Source of the DNA: a virus
DNA length: 64,000 nucleotides
UHGV virus genome: UHGV-1351772
Direction: 5' to 3' (one strand)
The position numbers and the translations under genes were made by a program. Each line of letters opens with the position of its first letter. The stretch's first letter is position 1. The notes beneath the pieces were generated by a model. The model was given only the letters and a program-made list of their open reading frames with translations. It was not told where the DNA came from and did not search any database. Below are positions 53,366 through 63,568 of the stretch, in pieces.

Positions 53366-53575
53366 ATGTCTATTAAAGAGTTCTCTTCTGCTGAGCATAT
53401 TCCAGAAGAGTTTAAGAAAATCGGTAACGTTAGCGCTTTCGGCGACACCGTTGATCATGTAACGGGTAAGCTGGCTGCTGAAGCTGAAAAAATTGGCGGC
53501 GACGCATTCAAAGTTATCGGTATTTCCGGCAACAACAAACTGCACGGTAACGCAATTGTCTACAAAAAAGACTAA
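53366..53575 (+). CDS. DUF1471 (YdgH/BhsA/McbA-family) domain protein without signal peptide, 69 aa
   Basis: Start at ATG 53366 (GGAGAG SD). KKIGNVSAFGDTVDHVTGKLAAEAEKIGGDAFKVIGISGNNKLHGNAIVYK closely parallels E. coli BhsA QKVGTISANAGTNLGSLEEQLAQKADEMGAKSFRITSVTGPNTLHGTAVIYK (from memory). Confidence 0.7.
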   Translation: MSIKEFSSAEHIPEEFKKIGNVSAFGDTVDHVTGKLAAEAEKIGGDAFKVIGISGNNKLHGNAIVYKKD

Positions 53576-53591
53576 GCGAAAAAAAAACGTG

Positions 53592-53636
53592 CTACTCCTA
53601 CCCTCTTAGAGGGTAGGAGGTTACTTTATTTTTTTC
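53592..53636. terminator. Bidirectional rho-independent terminator
   Basis: CTCCTACCCTC-TTA-GAGGGTAGGAG with T-run downstream and A-run upstream; between convergent genes. Confidence 0.75.
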
Positions 53637-54888
53637 GTGCTCTAAAGCGATGCATTTCTAAATACACTTTTTCCCAGGGACCGAATGGACCGACGATTGC
53701 TTGCGCGTCGTTAATCTTCTTCTGATTATACCACCGGGCTTCACGAAAGACGTAGTTTTGACTGTCGAACTCCGTGGTGTTAAATACCCACTCACCCTCC
53801 TCCCATGTAGGCCAATAGCCCACCGTCTTTCCGAAGCGATTATTTAAGTACCCTAATGGTTTTTCAGAATCAGGATCGCTAGGGTCCTTGAGATAACAAC
53901 GTCCCCAAACTGCGTTATGTGATACACCCACAACCTCTTCTTCTAAATACGGATTATCTACCGTAAAGATAAACGAAGACTCGTGGAGTAAAAGCGCCTT
54001 TAATGTTTCGGGGTTGCGAATACGTTGGACATTAGTAGGTGTTGATAAATCCCCCACACCGATGGCGTCCCAGTCGTAATAGCGACGGGTTTCCAGAACG
54101 GTCCGTGCAAGATCAAAATTCGGTAAAGAAATCATGATCGCACGGTCGGAGAAATAACCGCCAGGAGGCAACCAACGTAATAGTCCACCGATGACGAAAC
54201 CCACCGTTTTTCCCGTGATAGATTCGGGCAGCGAAATCATTAACGTAGAGTAATAGTCGCGTGTAGTGTCGAGCTTGTTTAGGGTAAGGTTGGCAATGGG
54301 GTAAGTTTTAACATTCCCTAACTGACCAAAAACCATACAGCCGATATCTGGCGTACAGGCTCTTCGTACGATTTTACCGGCCCCGGGTAATCGGACACCT
54401 ACGGTATCTGTCTGGTGCGGTACCCATTGACCGTTAATGTTGTACAGTACACTATTACGGTATTTGTCCTTCCACTTGTCCTCACAAACGATGACAACGT
54501 CATCAGCATCGTCTAAGCTGAAATCTTGACTGTGGTGGTACCCAGGCGGACACAGATATGTTTCAACGGGTACGTCAGCATTAATCGATTGGTAATGTGC
54601 CCAACTGAATTCGAGTTTCGGCAATCCGGCTTTTAGAGTAGGGATGACGTTTCCGGCTTTTTCATTTAACCAATCTTGTAAAGTGTCTGTTCGGTTTTGT
54701 AGTTCGGCAAGATGGTATTGGCTGACTAACGTATAGTCTTTACCAAGTGCACTTAAACCGATCTCAAAGGTGTGGTAGTCTGAACACAACGTATTTAAGG
54801 GTTGCGTGACATCGATGGCTCCCCAGGTACGGGACTCTCGAGAGAAGCCAAAAGCGCTGTCGGGCCGCACTTGATAAGCAGTAGTCAC
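53626..54888 (-). CDS. Hypothetical protein, 420 aa (minus-strand gene inside tail module)
   Basis: GTG 54888 with AGAGGA SD; no recognised motif. Confidence 0.6.
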   Translation of the reverse strand: MTTAYQVRPDSAFGFSRESRTWGAIDVTQPLNTLCSDYHTFEIGLSALGKDYTLVSQYHLAELQNRTDTLQDWLNEKAGNVIPTLKAGLPKLEFSWAHYQSINADVPVETYLCPPGYHHSQDFSLDDADDVVIVCEDKWKDKYRNSVLYNINGQWVPHQTDTVGVRLPGAGKIVRRACTPDIGCMVFGQLGNVKTYPIANLTLNKLDTTRDYYSTLMISLPESITGKTVGFVIGGLLRWLPPGGYFSDRAIMISLPNFDLARTVLETRRYYDWDAIGVGDLSTPTNVQRIRNPETLKALLLHESSFIFTVDNPYLEEEVVGVSHNAVWGRCYLKDPSDPDSEKPLGYLNNRFGKTVGYWPTWEEGEWVFNTTEFDSQNYVFREARWYNQKKINDAQAIVGPFGPWEKVYLEMHRFRARKK

Positions 54889-54956
54889 AGCTCTTTTCCT
54901 CTATAGATTCAAGTCATAGTATGAACTTCGACGCCCACGGACTATAGGAGTAGAGA

Positions 54957-57900
54957 ATGGCTGTCGTCCTAGACCCACACTTCAAAAAACCGGGGAATAA
55001 AATAACCGGTGAAGCGGTCGCCGTCATTGGTACGAAATACCGAATGTTGGTACCTGCCCACGCCCCTTTTTTCACCACATCCCTGGTGGTCAAGAGCGGC
55101 GGCAAAATACTGACCTTAGGCGACGATTACGTTATTACACACCCGTACGAGACCGGTATGTTGCGCACAGCCTATCTCATTCACGGGATGATTTGGATTG
55201 TTAATGACAAATACAAATCGAATTTTACGGTAGATTACCACGCCGTTGGTTGTGGTCAGGCTACCCAACAACAGATTACCGCAGAACGCGAACTCAATAA
55301 AGATAAATACCCGTCTGCGTGTCAGTGGGACACCGTCATCGGGGACGTTTACTTTCCGCCGGTCGATATTCAGTTCGATTGGGAGAATTGGAAAGGTGAA
55401 CTGGAATTAATGCAGGCTATTGCTGGATTAGGCGATTCGTTAGGGGAAGTCGTGAGTCGGCTTAACCCCATCGCACGCAATACCCTGGATTTAGAATACC
55501 GTGCTAATAGCAAGGTTATCACTTCCGAGCAGTATGCCGTATACGACAATAAAGGTGGCTTCACCTACAACACTGCCCGTCATCGTTATAGCTTGAGTTA
55601 TAAAACTGCAACCTTTAACGACTACGCCCTGTCAGTGAAACACAGAATTCCTGCTATTCTGCCAGACATGACGAAATTGAATCCAAACGAACAGATCGAT
55701 TGGATGCTCTGTTATGCTAACGGCGGTGCAAGTATTCTACGGCTGCAGCTAAAACAGCGCAAAATCTCACTGGTCTTAACGGTCGCTATTGGTAGCGGTT
55801 CAACAAACTACGATTATACGTTAATCAACGGTTTAACTGACGATGAGTTAAAAAACGATATCGATTTTAGTGTAACCCGTCAACCCGGAAACGGTGTTTA
55901 CGTCATCGTAGTAAAAACAAATAAACAGACCATGGATTACACATTCAACGTCGATACACCGCCTGATGAGTTCTCGGCAGGGTATTCGAAAACGGATGTT
56001 GCTAAATGGTTGAAGTTTAAAACGAACATTAATTTAAACTGGTATGCGGCCGAAAACGATTATATCCAAATTCGTTCTTTACCCGGCGCACCAGAACCTG
56101 ACGTCGATAACGATGTTTACCAGTTAATAGTTAAATATCATCAGTTAGTTGAGCAGCTGTATCGTAACGCGCCTGCACACGAACACGTTACACGTAAGGA
56201 CAACCCGCACACCGATACGTGGGGTCCGATCCGTGCGTTAGAGCTGAATGGTATTGCGTCGGATGCCGCGTTAGCTTACGGGAAAACGAAACAACAGTTA
56301 ACGGATTACGTTAATGCTAAGTACCCAACACAAGCAACGTTAACCGCACAGAAAAAATTGCTTCGTGAATCGGCGAGCAAGAACGTTAACGGCACGATTA
56401 CCACACTTCCGGGTTTTACTTCGTTCACGACGGAAGTTGATCCGGTTTCGATGTCGAAATACGTGAGTCCTTATTTTAGCGAAAGCTATGTTAGTAGTGG
56501 ACACAGATATCACGGTGCGCTTCGTTACACAGGAACGAAAAACGGTTTCAGTGCTAACTTTAATGCGGTGCCTGCCAACCTGCAAGATATTGACTTTATT
56601 GTTACTGGACGTAAGACAGCATCCGGTAATGAAGCGGTCGGTAGGGTTGGTTTACGTTTCTACGAAAACCCGGGTAGTAACTCCGGTAAGTTCGTAGAGA
56701 TTACTGGCCAAATCTGGGGTGGTACCCTTACTATCAGTCTGACATTGAACGGTTACGGGAGTCCGTTACCGTCAGTACGTTATATTTCTCAAGCTCCTAA
56801 TCCGGCAATACCGGATGGGGATTTTACGCTACGTTTTCAACTGAAGCGTACAGGGAACGTGTTTAACGTCGTTATTACCGTAAACGGTAAAACGTATAGC
56901 GGTCGGATTAACTTCGATAACATGGACGCTGCGTTAGAAGCATTAGAGAATCAGCACCACTTTAAATCGCTGATCAATAATGTTGCTGACGCCGTCACTA
57001 TTAGTTCGCAAAACAAAGGTAACACGGTTACCATTAAGAAAGCACCGGATGTTGTTGATGGGGTTCGCTTAGGTGCCCAGTTTGTCGTTGATCCGAAATC
57101 CATTAAGTTTATTGGCCAAGGTTCAACTGATGTTAACGTAGGAAATAACCCCGTAACGTTCCAAGCAGGTACTAACCAGCTTATGTTGTATCCTGATGAT
57201 CGTGGGTTACAGTGGCGTGGTAAAAAACTCTTAGACCCCACCACCGTGGCCCCGTATCTACCAGGCAATACCGCAGGTGGCACAGGTTTATTCTACGCAA
57301 GTTCGACAACAACGGTTACGATCACCGGTAGCGGGATAAAAGCCTCGCCGTTCGTAGCGACCTTTATTCTTCCTACCGCGACCGATACAACAGCTCTGGC
57401 AGCTTGGCAGTTGACCGATGAGTTCGGTACCGCTGAAAACCTTGCAGCAACGCCAGCACTGATTGAAAAACTCGATGCGGAGTTCACCGGTAAGTTAGTT
57501 GCAGTTAAATCGTACATTAACGACATGCAACTTACCAGCTCGGTTACTATCGATAAGATTACCTTTGGTTTAGGTAATGTTGCGAATACGCCCGATGCCG
57601 ATTTACCGATTTCTACAGCACAGCGTGCGGAGTTAGATAAATACTCGCCTAAAGTTCACCAACACCCGTTTACCGCTTTTGGTACTGGGAACGCAACCAC
57701 AGCGCAACGTGGTCTGATTAAATTTGGTCTGGATGTGGATGATGCGACTTTAGCACTCGATGGGAGTGTGGTAATGGCGCAGACTTCTCAGATTGAAAAA
57801 TTGGAGCGCGCTGTCAGCGGTGTTGACTCGGAGGCACGTCTTGACATTATACGTTTTGGTGAGTCTGGTAACGACTTAATAGACCTTACGGTCAAAGACA

Positions 57901-59279
57901 AAATTCTGGTCACGCTTCCAGCTTCAACGTATTTTATCGGTGGTGAAACATACGACGTTCCGTTGATGACGATTAACGTCAGTGAACGTTTTCCGAAATT
58001 GAATACAGAAATCTACGCAGGGATTTTTGTTGACATCGTTGACAACAAAGCGAAGTATATTGTCCACGACAGCTACAGTCAGGCTGAAACGGATACCATG
58101 ACGCGTGTAGGGTTGATTGGTGTTAACGACATTTCTGAGGTGTTCGTTACGGAGATGCGTAATGTCACACGGTTGGGTGATTTCCGTGAACTGAAAGATC
58201 ATAAAGCCGATGACAACGCACACATTCAGCGCTCCGCGTCACGTGCAGCGCTTGGGTTAGCTAACTTAACGGTAGGCGCGCCTTGCTGGGCTTCTGGACT
58301 CCAGGCAGTAGTACGCGGTGAAGCAGATTGGCGTTATGTTGCCGGTGGGCAGTATAAAGCTTTAGACGGGGTGAAATACGACCAGCTCGCATCCAAGTGG
58401 ATTTTTGACGCGAAAGGGGTAAGCGATAACCTTCACGGGTTTATCCACAACATGTTCCCAGCTTTTAAGAACGCAGGAATGCGAGTCAGTTGGGAAACAG
58501 AAAGCAACGCAAAAACCGGCACGGTGTTAGAAACTGTTTTAGGTTGTTGGAAAAACACCGACGGCGAGTTTATGCGGTTGTCGTTACTTATCACTCGTGG
58601 TTATCGTTTAACTGACAGCAACGGTGAATATTGTTACGCAGGGTTCGGTTTGAACTTCGGTAGCGGGAAATCGGTAGTGTTAGGTTTCACACCAACGAAG
58701 CATGTTACGCCTGCACCGTGGAATACGTTACAACCTGACGTAACGTTTACCCACACCCGTGCTGCAAATAACGCAATAACGTTTAACGCAACATTGACCT
58801 TAGCGGGCACTACGTATACCATCGTGGTGTTTTTATCTGCGACTGATAAATACGTAAGTTGCACGGCAGCAGGGGGAGCTACGCAGAAAATCCCTCTAAC
58901 TGACCGTTTAACTGGGTTCAATATCGCACCTATCGTTAACGATCCGTATACCCCTATTTACTACGGTTTAGGGGGACTTTATGAGGATGAAGTTCGTGCC
59001 AACATCCGTTCTACGGCAGATAGCGCAACCGCGAATAAAGTCTATGGTACGTTGTTAGACTATATTAGCAACTATTCCTCATTAAATCGTGTGCGCGTTA
59101 TGGAATTGACCGGTGTCAGTTCAGACCCCGAAACGCTTAATGCGTTAGTGGCAACTGAATTTAATAACAACCTGGCGGATTACGCTGCGTTACCGATACC
59201 TCCTTATCTTAACAAGGAGCGCGTAATGTCGTTTATCGACACCAACAATAAAGTGCAGGCGGTAATCATTCGCGATTAA
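54957..59279 (+). CDS. Tail fibre protein, 1440 aa
   Basis: GGAG SD; N-terminal region APFFTTSLVVKSGGKILTLGDDYVITHPY shared with next two genes; internal motifs ISTAQRAELDKYSPKVHQH and TTAQRGLIKFG resemble T4 gp12/gp34-type fibre repeats. Confidence 0.7.
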   Translation: MAVVLDPHFKKPGNKITGEAVAVIGTKYRMLVPAHAPFFTTSLVVKSGGKILTLGDDYVITHPYETGMLRTAYLIHGMIWIVNDKYKSNFTVDYHAVGCGQATQQQITAERELNKDKYPSACQWDTVIGDVYFPPVDIQFDWENWKGELELMQAIAGLGDSLGEVVSRLNPIARNTLDLEYRANSKVITSEQYAVYDNKGGFTYNTARHRYSLSYKTATFNDYALSVKHRIPAILPDMTKLNPNEQIDWMLCYANGGASILRLQLKQRKISLVLTVAIGSGSTNYDYTLINGLTDDELKNDIDFSVTRQPGNGVYVIVVKTNKQTMDYTFNVDTPPDEFSAGYSKTDVAKWLKFKTNINLNWYAAENDYIQIRSLPGAPEPDVDNDVYQLIVKYHQLVEQLYRNAPAHEHVTRKDNPHTDTWGPIRALELNGIASDAALAYGKTKQQLTDYVNAKYPTQATLTAQKKLLRESASKNVNGTITTLPGFTSFTTEVDPVSMSKYVSPYFSESYVSSGHRYHGALRYTGTKNGFSANFNAVPANLQDIDFIVTGRKTASGNEAVGRVGLRFYENPGSNSGKFVEITGQIWGGTLTISLTLNGYGSPLPSVRYISQAPNPAIPDGDFTLRFQLKRTGNVFNVVITVNGKTYSGRINFDNMDAALEALENQHHFKSLINNVADAVTISSQNKGNTVTIKKAPDVVDGVRLGAQFVVDPKSIKFIGQGSTDVNVGNNPVTFQAGTNQLMLYPDDRGLQWRGKKLLDPTTVAPYLPGNTAGGTGLFYASSTTTVTITGSGIKASPFVATFILPTATDTTALAAWQLTDEFGTAENLAATPALIEKLDAEFTGKLVAVKSYINDMQLTSSVTIDKITFGLGNVANTPDADLPISTAQRAELDKYSPKVHQHPFTAFGTGNATTAQRGLIKFGLDVDDATLALDGSVVMAQTSQIEKLERAVSGVDSEARLDIIRFGESGNDLIDLTVKDKILVTLPASTYFIGGETYDVPLMTINVSERFPKLNTEIYAGIFVDIVDNKAKYIVHDSYSQAETDTMTRVGLIGVNDISEVFVTEMRNVTRLGDFRELKDHKADDNAHIQRSASRAALGLANLTVGAPCWASGLQAVVRGEADWRYVAGGQYKALDGVKYDQLASKWIFDAKGVSDNLHGFIHNMFPAFKNAGMRVSWETESNAKTGTVLETVLGCWKNTDGEFMRLSLLITRGYRLTDSNGEYCYAGFGLNFGSGKSVVLGFTPTKHVTPAPWNTLQPDVTFTHTRAANNAITFNATLTLAGTTYTIVVFLSATDKYVSCTAAGGATQKIPLTDRLTGFNIAPIVNDPYTPIYYGLGGLYEDEVRANIRSTADSATANKVYGTLLDYISNYSSLNRVRVMELTGVSSDPETLNALVATEFNNNLADYAALPIPPYLNKERVMSFIDTNNKVQAVIIRD

Positions 59280-59292
59280 GGAGATTTTTTTG

Positions 59293-62200
59293 ATGAAAGC
59301 GTATCCTTACGATCCTCGGGGGACGAAAGCCGAGAATCACTTCTTAGAGGAGCGTATCATCGGGTCAGAGAACAACAACGATCGGGTGGTGATTTTAGAC
59401 CACCGCCCGTTCTTTGAAGATTTGGTCGTCAGACAACCAGGTTCAACCACCCCACTGAGTCGTGGGGTGGACTACGAACTGCAATATCAGCTGACGGAAC
59501 TGGATGACTCGGTAGCAGCCAACGTGTATTGTGGGGTACACCTTATCAACCCATCCATCAAGGGTATCGTAACCTTTGAAGGACAAATGCTCGGCGGTAC
59601 GTTCTACGACCCGTTTGTTGATATTCTCGATGAACTGGTGAAATATTTGAATAACCCAGTCAGTGCTGACTGGCTGTTATTAGACGGTAGACCATCGTTA
59701 TATCCAGCGACGCCAGCAGCAACGTCCTGGGCGGATTTGCTGAACAAAAAATATTTAGCGTCGGCAGTTCACGATATTGAATTGAAAACCGACGACGCTA
59801 ACCAGCTAATTAAAGACAAATTAGCTGAAGTTAAAGCGTTAGTGACTGCGTTGGGTAAAGAAATCGAAGCATTTAACTACCCGGCACATATCGCAGCGAA
59901 GAACCCGCACGAAACCACATCCGCGCAGATTAACGCGCATCCTGTTAACTTGAAAACACCCGACACCTTTATGGCGTACGGGTTAAAGTTGAAAGCACTG
60001 ACGGATGAGCTGAAAGCGTTTCGTTTACCGCAGTCGGTTATCGATACGTATATCTCTCACTGGATTTCTTCGGAAGTGCGGGGCGTGTTTAACTGTACGG
60101 TGTCAGGAAACCGCGCACAGTTCCGTTCGAAAAACGGTGAGTCCGAAATCATTTTTGCCAACGATGGTTTTACGTTAAAATCCAACGGTTCTGTGGTGTT
60201 AGCGGTAGGGCATCTGGAAGGCACAGGTGCAGGACGCTATATCAACTGGCGTGCCGGTAAAAACACATTACGCATCGAGTCAACAGGCGATGCTTTAGGG
60301 ATGAACAAACTCACCCTGAACGGTAACCCGTTACTGACTACCACGGCGTTGATGGAATACCAACAAGATCCAGATGCGGGTTCTGGTGGCGGTGGCGACC
60401 CTGATGACTCGAAGGTGTACATTGAAGGTCGTAATGGGATTAGCTTTACCGGTAAAGGTTCTCGCGCCGACCCTATCGTGGGGACTATCGACCCAACAAA
60501 AGCGACAACCGCCGAAAAAGGCGTCGCTAAACTTAAAACAGGTAAAGGTACAGAAACGACTGGGGTTGCTGCAACACCGGCTTCGTTAGCACCATACTCG
60601 ACTGACCTATCGGGGTATGTGGCTAAAACGACCATGATTAACGGTAAGCCGATGAATGACGGCTCCAGGACAATCACGAAAGCTGATCTGGGGTTAGGGC
60701 AAGCGGATAACACCGCAGACGTTGACAAGCCGTTGTCTACCGAGTTAAATACGGCGCTTAGTGGTTTAGCGGATGCGGGTCACCACCACGATTGGTCGGA
60801 ACTAGGCATTTATAAAGCCTCGCAAACCGTTTACGGTATCGGTCGTTACGCAACTAACCAGAACGGTTTGGTTGAAAACCGTGCTGTGGTGCCGAACATC
60901 TTAAAAGAACTTTCGGCGCGATTAGATGTGGTTGCTGCGGCAATTGCAAACGCGAAAGAAGGATCGGTAACGGATTTCGCTGCGGTAAAAGGCGCAGACT
61001 GGCGCTTTAATAGTCAGGGTACGGCAATTTCCGTTCAGGATTTGAAATATTTTTATTTGCTGAACGGTACGAAAGCTGATAGCACCGTTACTGGAGCGAT
61101 TGACCTGCAAACTACCCCGATGTTTAACTGGTTCTCGCCGAACAACCAAATTGAGACGACGTGGCCTACGGGGAAAGTGAGCGCTGGTAAGGGTATTAAC
61201 TGGACAGGTATTGAAGAACCGCCACTAATGGGTTTCCAATCTGTTCCTGTAGGTAAAACTGCCTCACAGATGGGTGACCAGTCAGTTGTTACTGTGTTGG
61301 CAAAAACACGGGTAAGGGCACGCCAGTCGAAGCTTTGGGTTTATGCCGCAGGGGGTGGTCCGGTTACAGTTTACATTAACGGTATCCAGGCAGCCACAGG
61401 CCAGTCTCCACTCGTTGCAGTGTACGAAACATCAGCAGACGTTGAAAACTACACCGTAGCGGTTAAAGCTGAGTGTAGCGACACGGCTAAATCCGCAGCG
61501 GTGCAATTCGAAATTTACGACGGTGACTACCCCGTTTATTTCAGTGGCCCTGAAACGCACGTAGAGCTTCTCCAAGAGTTTGTTACAACACACGTAGGCA
61601 TTCGTCATTATCTGTACGTTAACATGCTCACAGGCTCTCTGTATTCGCGTACTGAGCCAATTCAGAGTATTGCAGTTGACCCTGAGCGCGGTTATATCGG
61701 CTACGTTGATATTGTTGCCGGTGAATCTTACTCGAATAAAACCGTGAGTTTTGAAACCACGTTTGATTTCGGGAAAAGTACCGAGGTTAGTGAGCACATC
61801 GACGCTCGTAAAGCACACGGACTCAGTTCTGTAGACTGGACGTTAACGGATAACCCACGGTTGCCGTTATTAAATCGTGCGATTGCTGAACCGAGAACGT
61901 GTATTTTTAGAAAAGCGTTAACGGCCGGTACTGGTGATGTTTTTCATCTGGTAAGTCGTGGTCTTTATACCTACGCACACAACCAAAACGTGAAGTCCAG
62001 TCTTCAATACGTTGTGATACCTGAGGGTGCTACACCGTATTGCTGGTTTACACCGTTTAACCCGAAAGAAAACAACGCGCCGACGTTCGAAGGTTCGTTT
62101 GCGTTCGACGTTGACGATGTCGGTGGAACACAAGCGCTCACGGCTGCACCGGATTTGGTGCTGTGTACGTCAACACAAGGTAGCAGCGTTAAACGTCGTT

Positions 62201-63474
62201 ACGTACGTATTGACCTAACTGCCAAAGCGTGTAAGCTGGGGATTGGTTCTCGTTCAGATTCTGCTGTTACGGATATCCCGTTAGTGATGGAGGAATCTGG
62301 GGAAACGGCGGTGGTGGCAACGTTTAAGGATGTGTTGTTCAACGGCGAGGAAACCAACGCAGCGATACTCGACTTGATAGGCTGGGGTCCAAATAAAGAC
62401 AAAATCTCTGCAAACCATGCGCCACGTGGTATGATTCGTTATCGTTACAACGTAAACACTCGGGTATTACGTTTAGCACTGTCATTCTCACAGTTCGGAA
62501 CGACAACAGTTAAGCAACGTCAGTTGGAAATTCAATTCCCGTTTGATTTAGTGGATTACTTCACCGGTGACGGTGTAGGGTTGTCGTTTAAAGAACTGTC
62601 TGCGAAATGCCGTGTAACGATTAGCCACGCACTGATTGATCCGGTCACGACTAAAATCGATATTGATAAGTACCATTACTTACGCTCGTTATTTGAGTCG
62701 TATTTGGACGCATCTGTTGGTTATTTGGCTGATACCAAAGACGTCGACTTTAGTCAGTCTGTGATTGACCCAGCGACTTATGAGATTAGTCAGAAATACC
62801 GCGTTACCGAAAGCATTGCGCTGCCGACCGGCCAGGGAAGTGTTGCTGTTTCCCATGACGGCCAGTTACCTGCGCAGTTCTTTGACCGTAAGCTTTCTCG
62901 TGGTGCTTTGATGGCCAAGAAAGGTGAACTTCATGCCTCCTGGAACAATGAGTGGAGTACATCCAAAGCTGCCGCAAACCGGTATCGGCATAAACTCATT
63001 CTACGCTTTGCACAAGGTGCTGATAAACAGCAGTACCGTGTTGCAAAAGTGACAGGAACGGTGAAGTGTAACTGGCCGGGTAAGGTGATTATCGGTGATG
63101 CTGGGAAGGACGCGTATGTATCAGCTATTGATAGCGTGCCGTTTGCGCTTTCGACCGCCTCTGATACAGGTAAAGCAATTACTCTTACGCCAAAGGACTT
63201 ACGTGTAGGTCAGGACATTTATATTGTCTTAGAACCACCAGGCAATAATCCAGAAGGTTACGAGCTTAACTTTACCTGTTCGTTAGATGTCACTGACGAG
63301 AAAGGTGTCCGCCAAGATCAACTCAATGCGCAGAGCTTCGAACTCCGTAGCGGCGAAAGTCAGTTCTTAATGGAAAAACGCAATCCGTACCATATCACGA
63401 GTAAAGCGTGGAAGTGGATTTTGGCTGTACTGAAACGAGAACTTAACGGGAAGCAGTTAGGGGATCGTACTTAG
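59293..63474 (+). CDS. Tail fibre protein, ~1393 aa
   Basis: ATG 59293 with AAGGAG SD (track start is TTG 59290). ATTAEKGVAKLKTGKGTETTGVAATPASL, SQTVYGIGRYATNQNGLVENRAVVPNIL and LSTELNTALSGLADAGHHHDWSELG resemble T4 gp12 short-tail-fibre repeats. Confidence 0.75.
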   Translation: MKAYPYDPRGTKAENHFLEERIIGSENNNDRVVILDHRPFFEDLVVRQPGSTTPLSRGVDYELQYQLTELDDSVAANVYCGVHLINPSIKGIVTFEGQMLGGTFYDPFVDILDELVKYLNNPVSADWLLLDGRPSLYPATPAATSWADLLNKKYLASAVHDIELKTDDANQLIKDKLAEVKALVTALGKEIEAFNYPAHIAAKNPHETTSAQINAHPVNLKTPDTFMAYGLKLKALTDELKAFRLPQSVIDTYISHWISSEVRGVFNCTVSGNRAQFRSKNGESEIIFANDGFTLKSNGSVVLAVGHLEGTGAGRYINWRAGKNTLRIESTGDALGMNKLTLNGNPLLTTTALMEYQQDPDAGSGGGGDPDDSKVYIEGRNGISFTGKGSRADPIVGTIDPTKATTAEKGVAKLKTGKGTETTGVAATPASLAPYSTDLSGYVAKTTMINGKPMNDGSRTITKADLGLGQADNTADVDKPLSTELNTALSGLADAGHHHDWSELGIYKASQTVYGIGRYATNQNGLVENRAVVPNILKELSARLDVVAAAIANAKEGSVTDFAAVKGADWRFNSQGTAISVQDLKYFYLLNGTKADSTVTGAIDLQTTPMFNWFSPNNQIETTWPTGKVSAGKGINWTGIEEPPLMGFQSVPVGKTASQMGDQSVVTVLAKTRVRARQSKLWVYAAGGGPVTVYINGIQAATGQSPLVAVYETSADVENYTVAVKAECSDTAKSAAVQFEIYDGDYPVYFSGPETHVELLQEFVTTHVGIRHYLYVNMLTGSLYSRTEPIQSIAVDPERGYIGYVDIVAGESYSNKTVSFETTFDFGKSTEVSEHIDARKAHGLSSVDWTLTDNPRLPLLNRAIAEPRTCIFRKALTAGTGDVFHLVSRGLYTYAHNQNVKSSLQYVVIPEGATPYCWFTPFNPKENNAPTFEGSFAFDVDDVGGTQALTAAPDLVLCTSTQGSSVKRRYVRIDLTAKACKLGIGSRSDSAVTDIPLVMEESGETAVVATFKDVLFNGEETNAAILDLIGWGPNKDKISANHAPRGMIRYRYNVNTRVLRLALSFSQFGTTTVKQRQLEIQFPFDLVDYFTGDGVGLSFKELSAKCRVTISHALIDPVTTKIDIDKYHYLRSLFESYLDASVGYLADTKDVDFSQSVIDPATYEISQKYRVTESIALPTGQGSVAVSHDGQLPAQFFDRKLSRGALMAKKGELHASWNNEWSTSKAAANRYRHKLILRFAQGADKQQYRVAKVTGTVKCNWPGKVIIGDAGKDAYVSAIDSVPFALSTASDTGKAITLTPKDLRVGQDIYIVLEPPGNNPEGYELNFTCSLDVTDEKGVRQDQLNAQSFELRSGESQFLMEKRNPYHITSKAWKWILAVLKRELNGKQLGDRT

Positions 63475-63511
63475 GACAGACTGCCTGCGGGCAGTTGTGT
63501 GTCCGTAGGTA

Positions 63512-63550
63512 ACCCCTCCCTGTAACGGGGAGGGGTATCCATTTTATTTA
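63512..63550 (+). terminator. Rho-independent terminator
   Basis: CCCCTCCC-TGTAAC-GGGGAGGGG followed by TATCCATTTTATTT. Confidence 0.65.
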
Positions 63551-63568
63551 AAAGTAGGAGTCTTTACG

